A stretch of 64,000 nucleotides of DNA, from the IMG/VR virus record IMGVR_UViG_3300027969_000063, positions 32,001 to 96,000 of that record. One strand, 5' to 3'. A model generated the notes under the pieces. The model saw only the letters and a list, made by a program, of their open reading frames with translations. It had not been told where the DNA came from and did no database searches. This DNA comes from a virus. Within the stretch, counting starts at the first letter, position 1; each line of letters opens with the position of its first letter. A program made the translations under genes and the position numbers. Shown piece after piece: positions 25,755 to 36,127 of this stretch.

Positions 25755-27466
25755 TGTGCTATCCTACTAAAGTTATTATGTTTCTCGAATTTAATAATGG
25801 ATCTAAACTTATCAAACAGTTGGTCTCCTTTGTGTGAGATAACAAACACATTGGTGTCGGTTCCCATCTCATGAAGCAACTTTAAGAATTCTTCTGTACC
25901 AACACCGTCTAATGATGAATCAAATACCTCATCTAGAATTAATAGATTGGTATTGGTGGAGTTCTTCAACTTGGCAATCTGACGCCATGTAAACAATAAG
26001 GCCAAGTCAATACGCATTTTTTCACCTTCTGAAAAGTTAGCATAAGAGAACTCATCACGGTGCCTACTTTTAATTGTTTCTTCAAACGATTCATTGATAT
26101 TAAAGTTTACAAAGAAATCCATGGCAGTCAAATACTTATTAATTAACTTATTCATAATAGGTAAGTATTGACGAATAATCTTGGTCTTAATACCAGTATC
26201 TTTTAATAGATTTCCAGCAAACTCATAATACTGCTTCTCTACTGATAGTTCTTCCATCTTGCTGAGCAACACGGACAACTGTTGTTTGAGTTCCTTAAGC
26301 TTCTGATTTTCTTCCTCAACAGTATCTTTACCAATCGATAACTCATCGATTTCTTTTTGTAATTTAGTAACATAAGCATTAATTGCCGATATCGTGGAAT
26401 TATGTTTAACAATTTCATTATTATGTCCAGAAATGTGTTTGTTGATATTAATAATTTCTTCTATTCGTTGGTTTGTTTTAGCAATCTCCGCTGAGATTTC
26501 CGTAAGGCCTTCCCGTTGAGTAACGACTTTGGATTTTCTTTCGCTGACTTGTTCTGACTTGAAGTCTCCTTCAATGGTTTGTTTACAGGTTGGGCAGTTG
26601 TCGTGTTCTTCATAGAAAGCAATGTCCTTTTCATTTTTCTTAATGTTGGTTTCAATCTTTGATTCTAGTTGTAACAACTTCTTACTCTTCTTTTCCACAG
26701 AAAGTTTATCTTCAATCTTTCTTTGTAGTACATCAATGTGTTTTTGGATTAAATCCACATCTCGTTTGAGTGTAAAGATTTGGTCTATGCTATCAGCAAT
26801 TTCTTTTCGTTTCTTACCAATCTCTTCGTCACTTCTATTCTTGTGGTCCTCAATACTTTGTTTTTGGAAATTAATTCTTTCAGATGTCAAGTCCATCTCA
26901 TGTTTACTTTTAACCGAGAGGTCTTTAATTTCTGCCATCTTCTCTTTAACAACACCATTCATTGAGGAGAAGATATTAATATCCAATAAGTCCTCAATAA
27001 TTGCCCTACGATCCGCAGGAGTTAATTGCATAAATGGAACAAACGATGCAGAACCTAATATAACAACTTGAGTAAAGGATTTAAAATTTATTTTGAGAAT
27101 GAACTTCTCTAAGAACTCTTGATAGTCCTTTGCTTTGGCATCTTGGTCTAGTAGTTTATCACCAAGGTACACTTCAAATACATTTGGTTTAATACCACGA
27201 ATAACCTTATAGTTCTTTTGGCCAATGGCAAATTCAATCTCCACAACACAAGCTTGTTGGTTGATAGAGTTTAATAACTGTGGTTTGTTTATCTTACGAA
27301 ATGGTTTACCAAAAAGACCAAAGCACAAAGCATCCAGAATTGTGGACTTGCCTGCACCATTATGGCCAATGATTAGTGTATTGGGTGACTTCTGAAAATT
27401 AATTTCTGTAAAGGTGTTACCTGTTGATAAGAAATTCTTCCAACGGACTTTCTGGAATATAATCAT
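25751..27466 (-). CDS. gp46: recombination nuclease ATPase subunit (gp46, SbcC/Rad50-like)
   Basis: GHNGAGKST, CPTC hook, FSEGEKMRID, LILDEVFD. Confidence 0.97.
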   Translation of the reverse strand: MIIFQKVRWKNFLSTGNTFTEINFQKSPNTLIIGHNGAGKSTILDALCFGLFGKPFRKINKPQLLNSINQQACVVEIEFAIGQKNYKVIRGIKPNVFEVYLGDKLLDQDAKAKDYQEFLEKFILKINFKSFTQVVILGSASFVPFMQLTPADRRAIIEDLLDINIFSSMNGVVKEKMAEIKDLSVKSKHEMDLTSERINFQKQSIEDHKNRSDEEIGKKRKEIADSIDQIFTLKRDVDLIQKHIDVLQRKIEDKLSVEKKSKKLLQLESKIETNIKKNEKDIAFYEEHDNCPTCKQTIEGDFKSEQVSERKSKVVTQREGLTEISAEIAKTNQRIEEIININKHISGHNNEIVKHNSTISAINAYVTKLQKEIDELSIGKDTVEEENQKLKELKQQLSVLLSKMEELSVEKQYYEFAGNLLKDTGIKTKIIRQYLPIMNKLINKYLTAMDFFVNFNINESFEETIKSRHRDEFSYANFSEGEKMRIDLALLFTWRQIAKLKNSTNTNLLILDEVFDSSLDGVGTEEFLKLLHEMGTDTNVFVISHKGDQLFDKFRSIIKFEKHNNFSRIAQ

Positions 27467-27684
27467 TTATTAAAGTGGTCTTTGATCGCTTCACATACCA
27501 GAACTTTACCATCATAAGATTCAGAAAGTCCTGAATGTTCTAATGTGTGTTTTCTAGCCACATCCATACAGGTATTAATAATCAATTCCGCAAAGAATTC
27601 AATTTCTTTATCGGTCACTTCACGATTGTCATATGCAATGTATAATCCAGACCTCTCAACCAATTCTCTAATTTTATTATTCAT
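27463..27684 (-). CDS. hypothetical protein
   Basis: 73-aa ORF coupled between gp47 and gp46. Confidence 0.6.
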   Translation of the reverse strand: MNNKIRELVERSGLYIAYDNREVTDKEIEFFAELIINTCMDVARKHTLEHSGLSESYDGKVLVCEAIKDHFNK

Positions 27685-28757
27685 GCTTGCTCCTGATTCA
27701 ATGCCTCAATATACAGTTCTTTTAATACCGTTTTGAGTTTGTCATTATCAATATGTTCTTCTTTAATACCATCCACAAACTTGTTAATAATCGTGATAGT
27801 ATCTTCAGCTTCATTAATCATATCATCATCCACGCCTTCTGTCAAGTCAGCAAAGTCTTCCGCAATGGTAATATCGACTGGATTGACCTTGTATAATTTG
27901 TCCATGAACCGGTCAAATAGATGTGGATTGATCTTGTTCACTACCACAACTTTCACATATGTTCCGGTATACTTTTCTAAATCTTTGGCTAACATCTCGG
28001 AAATGGTGGTTTCTTTATCATCATATGTAATACGATGAAACATTACGTTGGGGTTCTCAATAAATTCCAAATCAAGAGAACTAAGATCAAACAAATGAAA
28101 GCCCCTCGGATCATTATAATCCTGCCAGGTGAGTTCGTAAGGATTACCAAGATAACGGATATTATCCTGATTTGAACGATGATGATAGTGACCTGAAAAA
28201 ACAGTATCAAACTTTTTAAATAATCCACGGTCTAGTCCTTCTTGTGATGGCATACCACGATGCATGGCAAAGCCGGCAATTTCAAGATGTCCCATACAAA
28301 TATTAGCATCGGTATCAGACAATACAAAAATTGAATCGTCATAATTTTCTGGACAAATCCAAGGTATCATGCAAATAGGATATTTTTCATTGTCTAACCA
28401 AATTGTAGTTGGTTCATCAATTACGGAAATGTTATTATATTCTTTTAATAGTAAACGTACCGAATTAACTTCATTGGTATTTTTGAAATAGGTATCATGA
28501 TTACCTGCCAACATATGAACTTGAATGTTCCTTTTGGCCAATTCATCAAAGAACATCTCCTTGGTTCGTTTTAAGGAGTAAAAGTTTACATACTTACGGC
28601 GGTCAAAAGTGTCCCCAAGTATGAGAACAGTATTAATACCATTACTGTCAAGAGTAGGAAAGAATGTATCTTTATAGAACTTCTCATAGTAATCCAAAAA
28701 GTGGGGTGAATCGTTTCTAGCTCCGAAGTGCTGATCTGTTATTACTGCTATCTTCAT
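27681..28757 (-). CDS. gp47: recombination nuclease subunit (gp47, SbcD/Mre11-like)
   Basis: ITDQHFG, LGDTFD, AGNHD, SGHYH. Confidence 0.96.
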   Translation of the reverse strand: MKIAVITDQHFGARNDSPHFLDYYEKFYKDTFFPTLDSNGINTVLILGDTFDRRKYVNFYSLKRTKEMFFDELAKRNIQVHMLAGNHDTYFKNTNEVNSVRLLLKEYNNISVIDEPTTIWLDNEKYPICMIPWICPENYDDSIFVLSDTDANICMGHLEIAGFAMHRGMPSQEGLDRGLFKKFDTVFSGHYHHRSNQDNIRYLGNPYELTWQDYNDPRGFHLFDLSSLDLEFIENPNVMFHRITYDDKETTISEMLAKDLEKYTGTYVKVVVVNKINPHLFDRFMDKLYKVNPVDITIAEDFADLTEGVDDDMINEAEDTITIINKFVDGIKEEHIDNDKLKTVLKELYIEALNQEQA

Positions 28758-28884
28758 GTAGTTTAATCTCAATTACGCTGTTAATGGGACTCGAATTAGA
28801 AAACAAAGTGGCTTCAAACAAAGTTTTAAAAAATTTATAACTAACGGTTGAAGAACCATTTAAATAATAAGATACTCTGTACAT
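28717..28884 (-). CDS. small hypothetical protein (55 aa)
   Basis: MYRVSYYLNGSSTVSYKFFKTLFEATLF...; fills the gp55-gp47 gap. Confidence 0.45.
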   Translation of the reverse strand: MYRVSYYLNGSSTVSYKFFKTLFEATLFSNSSPINSVIEIKLHEDSSNNRSALRS

Positions 28885-28888
28885 TATA

Positions 28889-29446
28889 TCATTCTCCTAA
28901 GAATTTTTCAATACCTTTTGGTTTCTTTACCTCTTTTTTCTTTTCTTTGGCTTCCTCATAGTTCTCAATAAATTCTGCAATGTTATCATAGAGTTCGAAC
29001 TGTTTAGAGGTACCATCTTCAAACTCCATTAGTTCCATTTCATCAAGTATGCCCATTTGCTGTGTGGCTTTATACTTCACATATAACTGTTTCTTCTCTT
29101 TTTGGATCCTACGCAGAAAGGCATAGTAAATAATTTGAGTAAAGTAAGCAAAAGGGTTTTTGGATTTGGTAGGATCAAAGTTGCTAAAATACATTAAACA
29201 GTTTTCAATACCATCCGATATCATTTCATCACGGTAAGTATAGTTAATGAAATTGGGTTTATGTGATAGACCTTCTGCTATCTTCATGAAGCACTCACCA
29301 ATATAGTTTGGAATAGGAGGAGGTGTAGTTTTATTCTTCTTAGCTTCTTTGGATTTTTCTTGATAGTCCATCAAAGCTTGTAGAAAGTCCCCATTATTGA
29401 CATATTGTTTAGGTTTCTTTGGTGCTTTAGGTGCTGGTGTATTCAT
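28889..29446 (-). CDS. gp55: late sigma factor (gp55)
   Basis: YVNN...YIGECFMKIAEGLSHKPNF...EMISDGIENCL...NPFAYFTQI. Confidence 0.96.
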   Translation of the reverse strand: MNTPAPKAPKKPKQYVNNGDFLQALMDYQEKSKEAKKNKTTPPPIPNYIGECFMKIAEGLSHKPNFINYTYRDEMISDGIENCLMYFSNFDPTKSKNPFAYFTQIIYYAFLRRIQKEKKQLYVKYKATQQMGILDEMELMEFEDGTSKQFELYDNIAEFIENYEEAKEKKKEVKKPKGIEKFLGE

Positions 29447-29464
29447 ATTTACCACATAATGTTA

Positions 29465-29493
29465 TTGACATGTGCTTGACAAGTGTGTATAGT
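29465..29493 (+). promoter_or_regulatory. plus-strand sigma70-type promoter, antisense to the uvsW operon
   Basis: TTGACA-17 nt-TATAGT. Confidence 0.5.
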
Positions 29494-29528
29494 CGAGTAT
29501 GTCCTTGGTTGAAAGTAATAAAGGATCA

Positions 29529-29909
29529 TTAATGTATGTTATGTCCATCGTATTTTAATTCGTCTAATGCTTCCATAATATCTAGGGATTCTATATCATC
29601 TAAATCGTCCATGATATCTCTTGCCTTAAGCAGCTTCTTAATTTTTTCCACAGAGTTGACATAGAACTCACAGAGGTCGTCAAGTGGTTCAAACACACAC
29701 ATAATATCTTTAGTTGATATTACCGCTTCATTCTTCTTCAACAACTGTACCGGCAACCAGTGATTCATTATCAATCCAGATTCATTATTTTTAAATTGTA
29801 TTCCAACTGTCATAGGCTCACATATAGTGAACTGGTCATCATCTTGACTAATCACGGTACCAACAATATCTTCACCATTCTGTAAGCGAACTATTTTAAT
29901 ATTATCCAT
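29529..29909 (-). CDS. Sm-like fold hypothetical protein
   Basis: IKIVRLQNGEDIVG; usual uvsW-gp55 position. Confidence 0.65.
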   Translation of the reverse strand: MDNIKIVRLQNGEDIVGTVISQDDDQFTICEPMTVGIQFKNNESGLIMNHWLPVQLLKKNEAVISTKDIMCVFEPLDDLCEFYVNSVEKIKKLLKARDIMDDLDDIESLDIMEALDELKYDGHNIH

Positions 29910-31398
29910 TTTTTAGTCCAATCTTGTATATTTTAAATGGGAACTTCTCTTCATTATATATCTTAGTCCTATCCACAAAATGTTTCAAAGTAAAATTCAT
30001 GTGTTTTCCAACACGGAGGTCATCAGATATATCATAGAGTGTGGCTATTTCTTTGCCATCACTTTGTCGTAAGCCTCGTCCAATGCTTTGCAGAGTTCGA
30101 ATGCTCGATTTTGTTGGCATTGCAAATATAATGTTATGCAGGTTCCTAATATTAATTCCAGTACTAAAAGTACCAAAACTAGCCACAATAATAGCATCTT
30201 GTTCTATCTCCATAATTCTTCTAACTTCTTCACGGTCTGATGTATCTACACCACCATGAATAAAGAAAACTTTTCTGTTGCCAATCTTCTCTGTATCCTT
30301 TATCATATCATACAGGATCTTGCCATGTTTGTCAACCATTTGATATAGTACCAGAGTATTTTTGCCTAAGCTAACTGCAAGATTCTTAACGAATTTATTT
30401 CTTGCCTCATGCGATATCAAGTAACCAATCTCTTCAGCATATGTCATACCTTTAACTGCCTTAGATTCTTCATTGGTATGTTTTAATACAAGACATTTAA
30501 TTTCAAAGTTAGATAGCTGGTCTTTGTCGATCAGTTCTTTTGTGGAGATTACCTTCTTAACTGGACCAAACAAACCTTCTAATACTAATTTGTGTGTCTT
30601 GGTACCATCTAAGGTACCCGTAAGGCCAATACGGTATTTGGCATTAGTACAAGAAGTAAGAATAGTAGTAAGTGATTGTGCTTTAAAGTTATGTGCCTCA
30701 TCACCAATTACATAATCAAACTGTTCAAAATATTCTTTTGGCATTTTATACAAGGACTGCCAAGTGGATATTGTCAACGGTTTGTCTGTGGTCTTTTCTT
30801 TACCTTGATAGATTCGGTGTAAATGTTCTTCCATACTACCATCATTGTAATCACCAAAGTCGGAGAATAACTGTTCCACCAAAGATGTAGTTGGAACAAT
30901 AACAAGGCCTTTTAAGTTTTGGTATTTCCAAAGTTGTCTAAAGATGAGGTAGATAATAAGGGATTTACCTGAAGCTGTTGGAGATAATAGTAACGCTCTT
31001 CGCTTCTGCATTGCATGAACATAGGCATTGATTTGGTGTTCTCTAACTTCAATTGGTTCGCCACGAGCATGTGGGTTAATTTCTGAGATAAATTTCTTTG
31101 CATGGTATATCGAGTATTCACTTTCTATATCTAAATCATTTTGACATTCATATGTGTAACCTCTTGATTCACAAAACTGTTGGATATAATCCAATAGACC
31201 CAAATACAACTGTGATGTTTGTAAGTTGTATAATCTTATTTTGCCATCCCAAATTTTATTTCGGAATGCTGGAACAAATTGGTAACCAGGAACAAAGAAC
31301 GTAAAAAACTCCGATAACTCTCGAGCAATATGCTTCTCGCAAGTTATCTTGGCATATACTTCATCCTTTTTGGAGATTATTATATTACTGTCCGCCAA
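29902..31398 (-). CDS. uvsW: SF2 helicase UvsW
   Basis: SPTASGKS, GDEAH, GLTGT, QSIGRGLR; probable TTG start. Confidence 0.96.
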   Translation of the reverse strand: MADSNIIISKKDEVYAKITCEKHIARELSEFFTFFVPGYQFVPAFRNKIWDGKIRLYNLQTSQLYLGLLDYIQQFCESRGYTYECQNDLDIESEYSIYHAKKFISEINPHARGEPIEVREHQINAYVHAMQKRRALLLSPTASGKSLIIYLIFRQLWKYQNLKGLVIVPTTSLVEQLFSDFGDYNDGSMEEHLHRIYQGKEKTTDKPLTISTWQSLYKMPKEYFEQFDYVIGDEAHNFKAQSLTTILTSCTNAKYRIGLTGTLDGTKTHKLVLEGLFGPVKKVISTKELIDKDQLSNFEIKCLVLKHTNEESKAVKGMTYAEEIGYLISHEARNKFVKNLAVSLGKNTLVLYQMVDKHGKILYDMIKDTEKIGNRKVFFIHGGVDTSDREEVRRIMEIEQDAIIVASFGTFSTGINIRNLHNIIFAMPTKSSIRTLQSIGRGLRQSDGKEIATLYDISDDLRVGKHMNFTLKHFVDRTKIYNEEKFPFKIYKIGLKNG

Positions 31399-31819
31399 TG
31401 AACTTTTCCCATCCAATAAAATCACGCAACTGCCAAGTTCTTTGTTTTAATTCATTCATAATAGATTCGATCACAGATACCGTTTCTTCATGATATACTT
31501 TCTTTTCTAACATACGAATAAGGTCATCATCACCTTCCAAGTAAGCATTGATATCCGATTTCAAAACAAACTGAAACGGTTCCCATCCATGTTCTTTTAA
31601 CTCATCGGCATCCATACGGCCAGAATAATAGTTAATCTTTACCTTACGCATACGCAAATAATCAAAGTGTGCCTTTTTAGAGGCAATCTTATGTTTGGTA
31701 AGAATGGAGAGGTACTTGTTGTGTAGAGTGGGTATCTTGATGAGTTCTTTACCAGGTTCGGTTTGGTCCATCTCTGCATCTTTTTCCCAATACTTTAATA
31801 CTTGTTCTAAGTTTTCCAT
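31385..31819 (-). CDS. uvsY: recombination mediator UvsY
   Basis: IPTLHNKY, YYSG, RTWQLRDFIGWEKF; synteny. Confidence 0.9.
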   Translation of the reverse strand: MENLEQVLKYWEKDAEMDQTEPGKELIKIPTLHNKYLSILTKHKIASKKAHFDYLRMRKVKINYYSGRMDADELKEHGWEPFQFVLKSDINAYLEGDDDLIRMLEKKVYHEETVSVIESIMNELKQRTWQLRDFIGWEKFIGGQ

Positions 31820-31849
31820 AATATAATAAAAAAGTTATCCTAAACCTGT

Positions 31850-31878
31850 ATAATATCACATATACATTACGTTGTCAA
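31850..31878 (-). promoter_or_regulatory. sigma70-type promoter for the uvsY-uvsW operon
   Basis: TTGACA-17 nt-TATTAT. Confidence 0.75.
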
Positions 31879-31881
31879 TAC

Positions 31882-32412
31882 TTAAACACTTTCAAATTCA
31901 AAATAATCAAATATAAAAGTGGCATCTGCCGTCATGATGTCATCTGCCGATTGAGAACTATCAAAAATAATATCCGATAGACTAATTGGGAACATGTTAA
32001 TTAATTTAACTCTCAATATGGGGTTGTTTAACGATGATAACACCGTAAGGGTACCATCGGAGTAATACTTTAAATTGGTATTCTTGCCAACATTTTGTAC
32101 ATCAGTTAACCTTTTTCTCTCCTCAAAATTGACTGGAGATGCGATGGAACGGAACCAGTTATGGATATGGCGCCATCCTTCTACCGATTCATCCAGCAGG
32201 AAATGAACGTTGAAAGGGTTATAGGTTATCTTATTACCAGGAGCAAAGTAATCTAATAGTGGACTACTAATAGGAGCTTGACCCAAGTTAATACCAGGTA
32301 AGTTTACCGATTGGCAAAAGAATTGGGATGTACCAATCCTATCAAACGTCAATATAAACTTGGTCGGTTGAAGTAGGTTGGTGTTCTGAGGGGTTCTGTT
32401 AAATGCTGTCAT
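31882..32412 (-). CDS. gp3: tail tube terminator / sheath stabiliser (gp3-like)
   Basis: FFCQSVNLPGINLG, MFPISLS, ADATF; CATAAATA late promoter at 32418-32425. Confidence 0.85.
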   Translation of the reverse strand: MTAFNRTPQNTNLLQPTKFILTFDRIGTSQFFCQSVNLPGINLGQAPISSPLLDYFAPGNKITYNPFNVHFLLDESVEGWRHIHNWFRSIASPVNFEERKRLTDVQNVGKNTNLKYYSDGTLTVLSSLNNPILRVKLINMFPISLSDIIFDSSQSADDIMTADATFIFDYFEFESV

Positions 32413-32430
32413 ACTAGTATTTATGTAGCC

Positions 32431-32459
32431 AAAAAAAAGACCACCCGAAGGTGGTCTTT
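32431..32459 (-). terminator. intrinsic terminator after the major capsid gene
   Basis: GACCACC-TTCG-GGTGGTC followed by T8. Confidence 0.9.
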
Positions 32460-32485
32460 CAAATATCACTCTACGGTGATTTTTA

Positions 32486-33814
32486 TTACATCAAGTTTGC
32501 AACTTTGAAAATGCGATAGTACTTGTTAGTACGAGCATTCATACGACCGTTACCAACAGTAATACCTTCTGCGAATGGGTTTGCGACCATTCCATAACGT
32601 GTCTTAAAGCCAATCTTAGGTTGGAATGTGTACTGATCTACTGCACGAACCATTTGTAATGGAACGTATGGGCAATAGAACAAGCCAGCATCGTAAGGGC
32701 TAGAACCTTTGTAACCGATAGTTACGAGTTCTTGGTTAGATGTATATCCACCAAAATACGGGTCAATATAAACCTTCATACGACCATGTAACAAACCAGC
32801 AAAAGTATTGCCTGTGTCATCTACTTGCAAATCAGTTTGGAGAGCAGGAGTATATTGTAATACACCAGCCATTGCCATTGCTGAAGCAACGTCAGAAGAT
32901 ACGATCAATACATTACCTTTTCCACGGCGAGTCTGCTTAGCAATTACGTTAGCATCACGCTCGATTTGGAAAATTAGACCTTTGAAACGCTCAACTGACC
33001 AACGGCCGTTAGAGTCTGTATCTAAGTCAAATGTACCAGCGTTTGTTGTACCATACTGAGCACCTACAACAGCAGTTGCGTAGATTGTACGGATAACTTC
33101 ACGGTTGATCTCAGCAAGGATTTCTGTTGAAAGAATGTTGCTCAATTCTGTTTCAGCGTCAAGACCATGGATTGCTTTCAAGTCTTGTGCTAATTCGAGT
33201 GAGTACTCAGCTTTCAAAGCACGGCTTTGAGCAGTTACAGTAACTTTCTCAATAGAGAATGCCATCTGTGCAAATGCTGTGTTGCCATCAGAACCCAAGA
33301 ATTCAGCAGTAGCTGTTGGGATACCTAGACCGCTTGTGAAAGCGTTAGCAGAGAAAGAGTTAACAGGGTTTACTGAAACGTCAGCGGCTGTATTACCACC
33401 AAAACCATAGATGTTAGTGGCAGAACCTTGGCCAGTAAACATTGTGTTGGCTTCGTTGAAGAATGCCTCATCGCCACCTTGGTTAACATACTTAGCACGC
33501 ATTGCAAAAATCAAACCGGTAGGACCAGTCATTGGCTGAACGCCAGCAACGTCATAAGCGATTAGATTTGGTAGAGCACGGCGAACCAAAGAGATCAAGA
33601 TTGGATCAAAGTTTTGAATAGCAGATCCAGTAACGTTTGTAGGACCGTCAGAGGAGGTTTCGTTCAAAGCTTGACGATCTTGTGTCATAGCTTGTTGTTG
33701 ATTTTCCAAAACAAGGGCTGTAACAGCACGCTTGTATGGGTCTTTAATGGCTTCTAATTCTGGATGCTCCAGAACTGGTGCCCACTTAGTTTGTAGTTCT
33801 TCAGTTAAATACAT
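32486..33814 (-). CDS. gp23: major capsid protein (gp23)
   Basis: KWAPVL, VQPMTGPTGLIFAMR, SRALKAEYSLELAQDLKAIHGLDAE, FQPKIGFKTRYG. Confidence 0.98.
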   Translation of the reverse strand: MYLTEELQTKWAPVLEHPELEAIKDPYKRAVTALVLENQQQAMTQDRQALNETSSDGPTNVTGSAIQNFDPILISLVRRALPNLIAYDVAGVQPMTGPTGLIFAMRAKYVNQGGDEAFFNEANTMFTGQGSATNIYGFGGNTAADVSVNPVNSFSANAFTSGLGIPTATAEFLGSDGNTAFAQMAFSIEKVTVTAQSRALKAEYSLELAQDLKAIHGLDAETELSNILSTEILAEINREVIRTIYATAVVGAQYGTTNAGTFDLDTDSNGRWSVERFKGLIFQIERDANVIAKQTRRGKGNVLIVSSDVASAMAMAGVLQYTPALQTDLQVDDTGNTFAGLLHGRMKVYIDPYFGGYTSNQELVTIGYKGSSPYDAGLFYCPYVPLQMVRAVDQYTFQPKIGFKTRYGMVANPFAEGITVGNGRMNARTNKYYRIFKVANLM

Positions 33815-33844
33815 TTTAGTATCCTTTGTTGTTATTATTATGGC

Positions 33845-35032
33845 TTACTTAGCCAAGTTTTTTGAAATTACATTAGCATACTGTTCCATTAAAGGATCAG
33901 AAGATTTAGAAACCTTCTTTTCTTCTTCAATTTCTACAGTATCATCTAAAGCAGAACTGTCGGCAACTTTAACATCGGACTTGAAATATGATTCTTTCAA
34001 AGTTTCGACTTTAGTAGCAAACTCTTCCTCTGTGGTAAACTCTACGTTCTCTGCGAGCGATTTCAATTTCTCCACTTGGGTCTGCGATAGGCCTTCACAC
34101 GCTGTGTAGATTGCCTCAATTTTTTTCTGTTCGTTAAGTGCTTTAGCCAACTCAACGCCTTTGCTGATTTGCTCATTTAAAGAAGCTTCGAGTTCTTCTA
34201 CCTTGGTTGCCAACTCTTCAACAACATCAACCTTGTCGGTAGGAATATCGATGTAATGCTCTTCGAACAAACTTTTTAATCCAGTAATAAAATCTTCTAC
34301 GATTTCGGCACGGAGACCTTTTTCGATAGCGATTTCGTTATCTTTCATCCACTCTTCAACCATGTAGTTGAGGTAGTCGTCCACTTTAGCAGCCAAATCT
34401 TCTTTAATTTCTTCGACAGCGGCATGGAACTGTTCTGTGAGTTCTGCTTCAATTTCTTCAGCAACTTCTTCAGCACGAGCAATAACTGCAGCTTCAAAAA
34501 TTGTGGTAGCTTTAGCAGTGAACTCTTCAGAAAGATTTTCGCCAGACAACAGAGCGTCAATATCTTCCTTCATTTTTGCCTTAGACATAGCTTTCTTAAT
34601 CATGGCTTTATCTTGAGCAGCATCTTCGTGACCTTCTTTTTCTTCGGCAACAACTTCATCACCTTCAACTTCGGTCTCTTCGTACTGCTGAATACCAACA
34701 CCACCTTTATTTGGTTTCATCATTTGCTTACCTGGCTTTCCTTCTGGTTGTTCTACTGAACCAGACTGAGCAGGCTGGCCAGTGAGTTTTTTAGCTGGCT
34801 CAGAACCTACAGGAGGTGTTGCACCTGGAGCGGTAGCTGTTGGCGTACCTCTAGTTGCATCTGGACCAGAGTCAGTTGTTTTGGTAACTTGAGTACCAAT
34901 GTCACCTGCGTCTTTTGTACCGTAGGCAACATCACCACTTAGTTTTGCTGGTTTATCTTGACCACTTTTCTTACTAGCGACAGAGCCTGAAAGAATTTCT
35001 TTAGCGGCTTCGGACAGATTAAATTTTCCCAT
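33845..35032 (-). CDS. gp22: prohead core scaffold (gp22)
   Basis: LSEEF...IFEAAV, VDDYLNYMVEEW; synteny. Confidence 0.92.
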   Translation of the reverse strand: MGKFNLSEAAKEILSGSVASKKSGQDKPAKLSGDVAYGTKDAGDIGTQVTKTTDSGPDATRGTPTATAPGATPPVGSEPAKKLTGQPAQSGSVEQPEGKPGKQMMKPNKGGVGIQQYEETEVEGDEVVAEEKEGHEDAAQDKAMIKKAMSKAKMKEDIDALLSGENLSEEFTAKATTIFEAAVIARAEEVAEEIEAELTEQFHAAVEEIKEDLAAKVDDYLNYMVEEWMKDNEIAIEKGLRAEIVEDFITGLKSLFEEHYIDIPTDKVDVVEELATKVEELEASLNEQISKGVELAKALNEQKKIEAIYTACEGLSQTQVEKLKSLAENVEFTTEEEFATKVETLKESYFKSDVKVADSSALDDTVEIEEEKKVSKSSDPLMEQYANVISKNLAK

Positions 35033-35060
35033 TTTGAAAATCTCCTTGATTTATATTGGA

Positions 35061-35068
35061 TATTTATA
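35061..35068 (-). promoter_or_regulatory. late promoter TATAAATA (gp22)
   Basis: Exact consensus. Confidence 0.8.
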
Positions 35069-35069
35069 T

Positions 35070-35714
35070 TTAAAGTTTTTTGAAGAAGTTCTCAAAAATG
35101 CGTAGACTTACTTCCTCGATCTCCCCTCTGGTTGCCTTGCGGATTTGACCCACGGCCTCAGAGTAATCTTGTTCGGTCCATACACCATTGACTAACATCC
35201 ATTCTTTACCCTCCATGATACCTTGTACAAAAGCACCAGGCGCTGAAGGGTCTGCTACAATATCTGCCGCTGTGGCTAGATAGAAATCGGGTTGTACAAC
35301 GTTAACACCGTTAACATTTTTTAGTGAACCCATGCCTCTTGAAGATACTCCTAATTGTGCACCACCTTCAATAAGACTTTTGGCGATGTTGCCCATAGGC
35401 GTATCTAAAATTTTTGCTTTACCGATCCATTGTTGACCATCTTCTTTTAAGGCGGTGATCATATGTGATACACGGTCAAGATTGATACTTGGTGATTCTG
35501 GATGACCTAACTCTCCAAAAGCACGATGTTTATTGATGTACTCTTCTGTATACCGAGCAACTTCTTTTCTCATGGTATTGAACTCATACAAACGGCCGTT
35601 ACGGTTCTTTTTTTCGGAAACCAAAAATGGCCCCTCGATGTGTAAAGACTTCTTACCATCGGATTCTTCAACCAAGTAACTTACGGTTTCATTAATTTCT
35701 TTAATGAGTTTCAT
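35070..35714 (-). CDS. gp21: prohead protease (gp21)
   Basis: NRNGRLY, GELGHP, GVSSRGMGSL, DIVADPSAP. Confidence 0.96.
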   Translation of the reverse strand: MKLIKEINETVSYLVEESDGKKSLHIEGPFLVSEKKNRNGRLYEFNTMRKEVARYTEEYINKHRAFGELGHPESPSINLDRVSHMITALKEDGQQWIGKAKILDTPMGNIAKSLIEGGAQLGVSSRGMGSLKNVNGVNVVQPDFYLATAADIVADPSAPGAFVQGIMEGKEWMLVNGVWTEQDYSEAVGQIRKATRGEIEEVSLRIFENFFKKL

Positions 35715-36127
35715 AATCCCATTGCCCTTCTTTTCCTTAACGACATAATTCTCTTTCTAAGAGATTGTCCTAATTTAGCACGCCTTTTAGTTTTAGAACG
35801 TCTAGCACCCATTTTACGGTTTCTACGCTCAATAGGTGACATGCGTGTCATTTTGCCACCTCTAATTGTCCAACCTTTTACAGCAGAAAGTTTCTTCCTA
35901 CGTTGAATCTTTCCTTTTCTAATTCTTACTCGAAAGGTCTTAGTTCTACCAATCTTCATTACATTTCTTACCGCTTCAGATATATTGCTAGTTTCAAACA
36001 TCTCTGACGCCAAACGCAATTTCATTTGGTTGAGTTTTTGGTCAACCAAATCATTTAAATATTGATCTAAAACTTCTTTACTTTCTACCAGTTGGTTGTT
36101 AAGAAGTTTGTCAATAAAACCATCCAT
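35711..36127 (-). CDS. prohead core protein (gp68-like)
   Basis: Acidic N-terminal half, Arg/Lys-rich C-terminal half ending RKRRAMGL; synteny. Confidence 0.65.
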   Translation of the reverse strand: MDGFIDKLLNNQLVESKEVLDQYLNDLVDQKLNQMKLRLASEMFETSNISEAVRNVMKIGRTKTFRVRIRKGKIQRRKKLSAVKGWTIRGGKMTRMSPIERRNRKMGARRSKTKRRAKLGQSLRKRIMSLRKRRAMGL

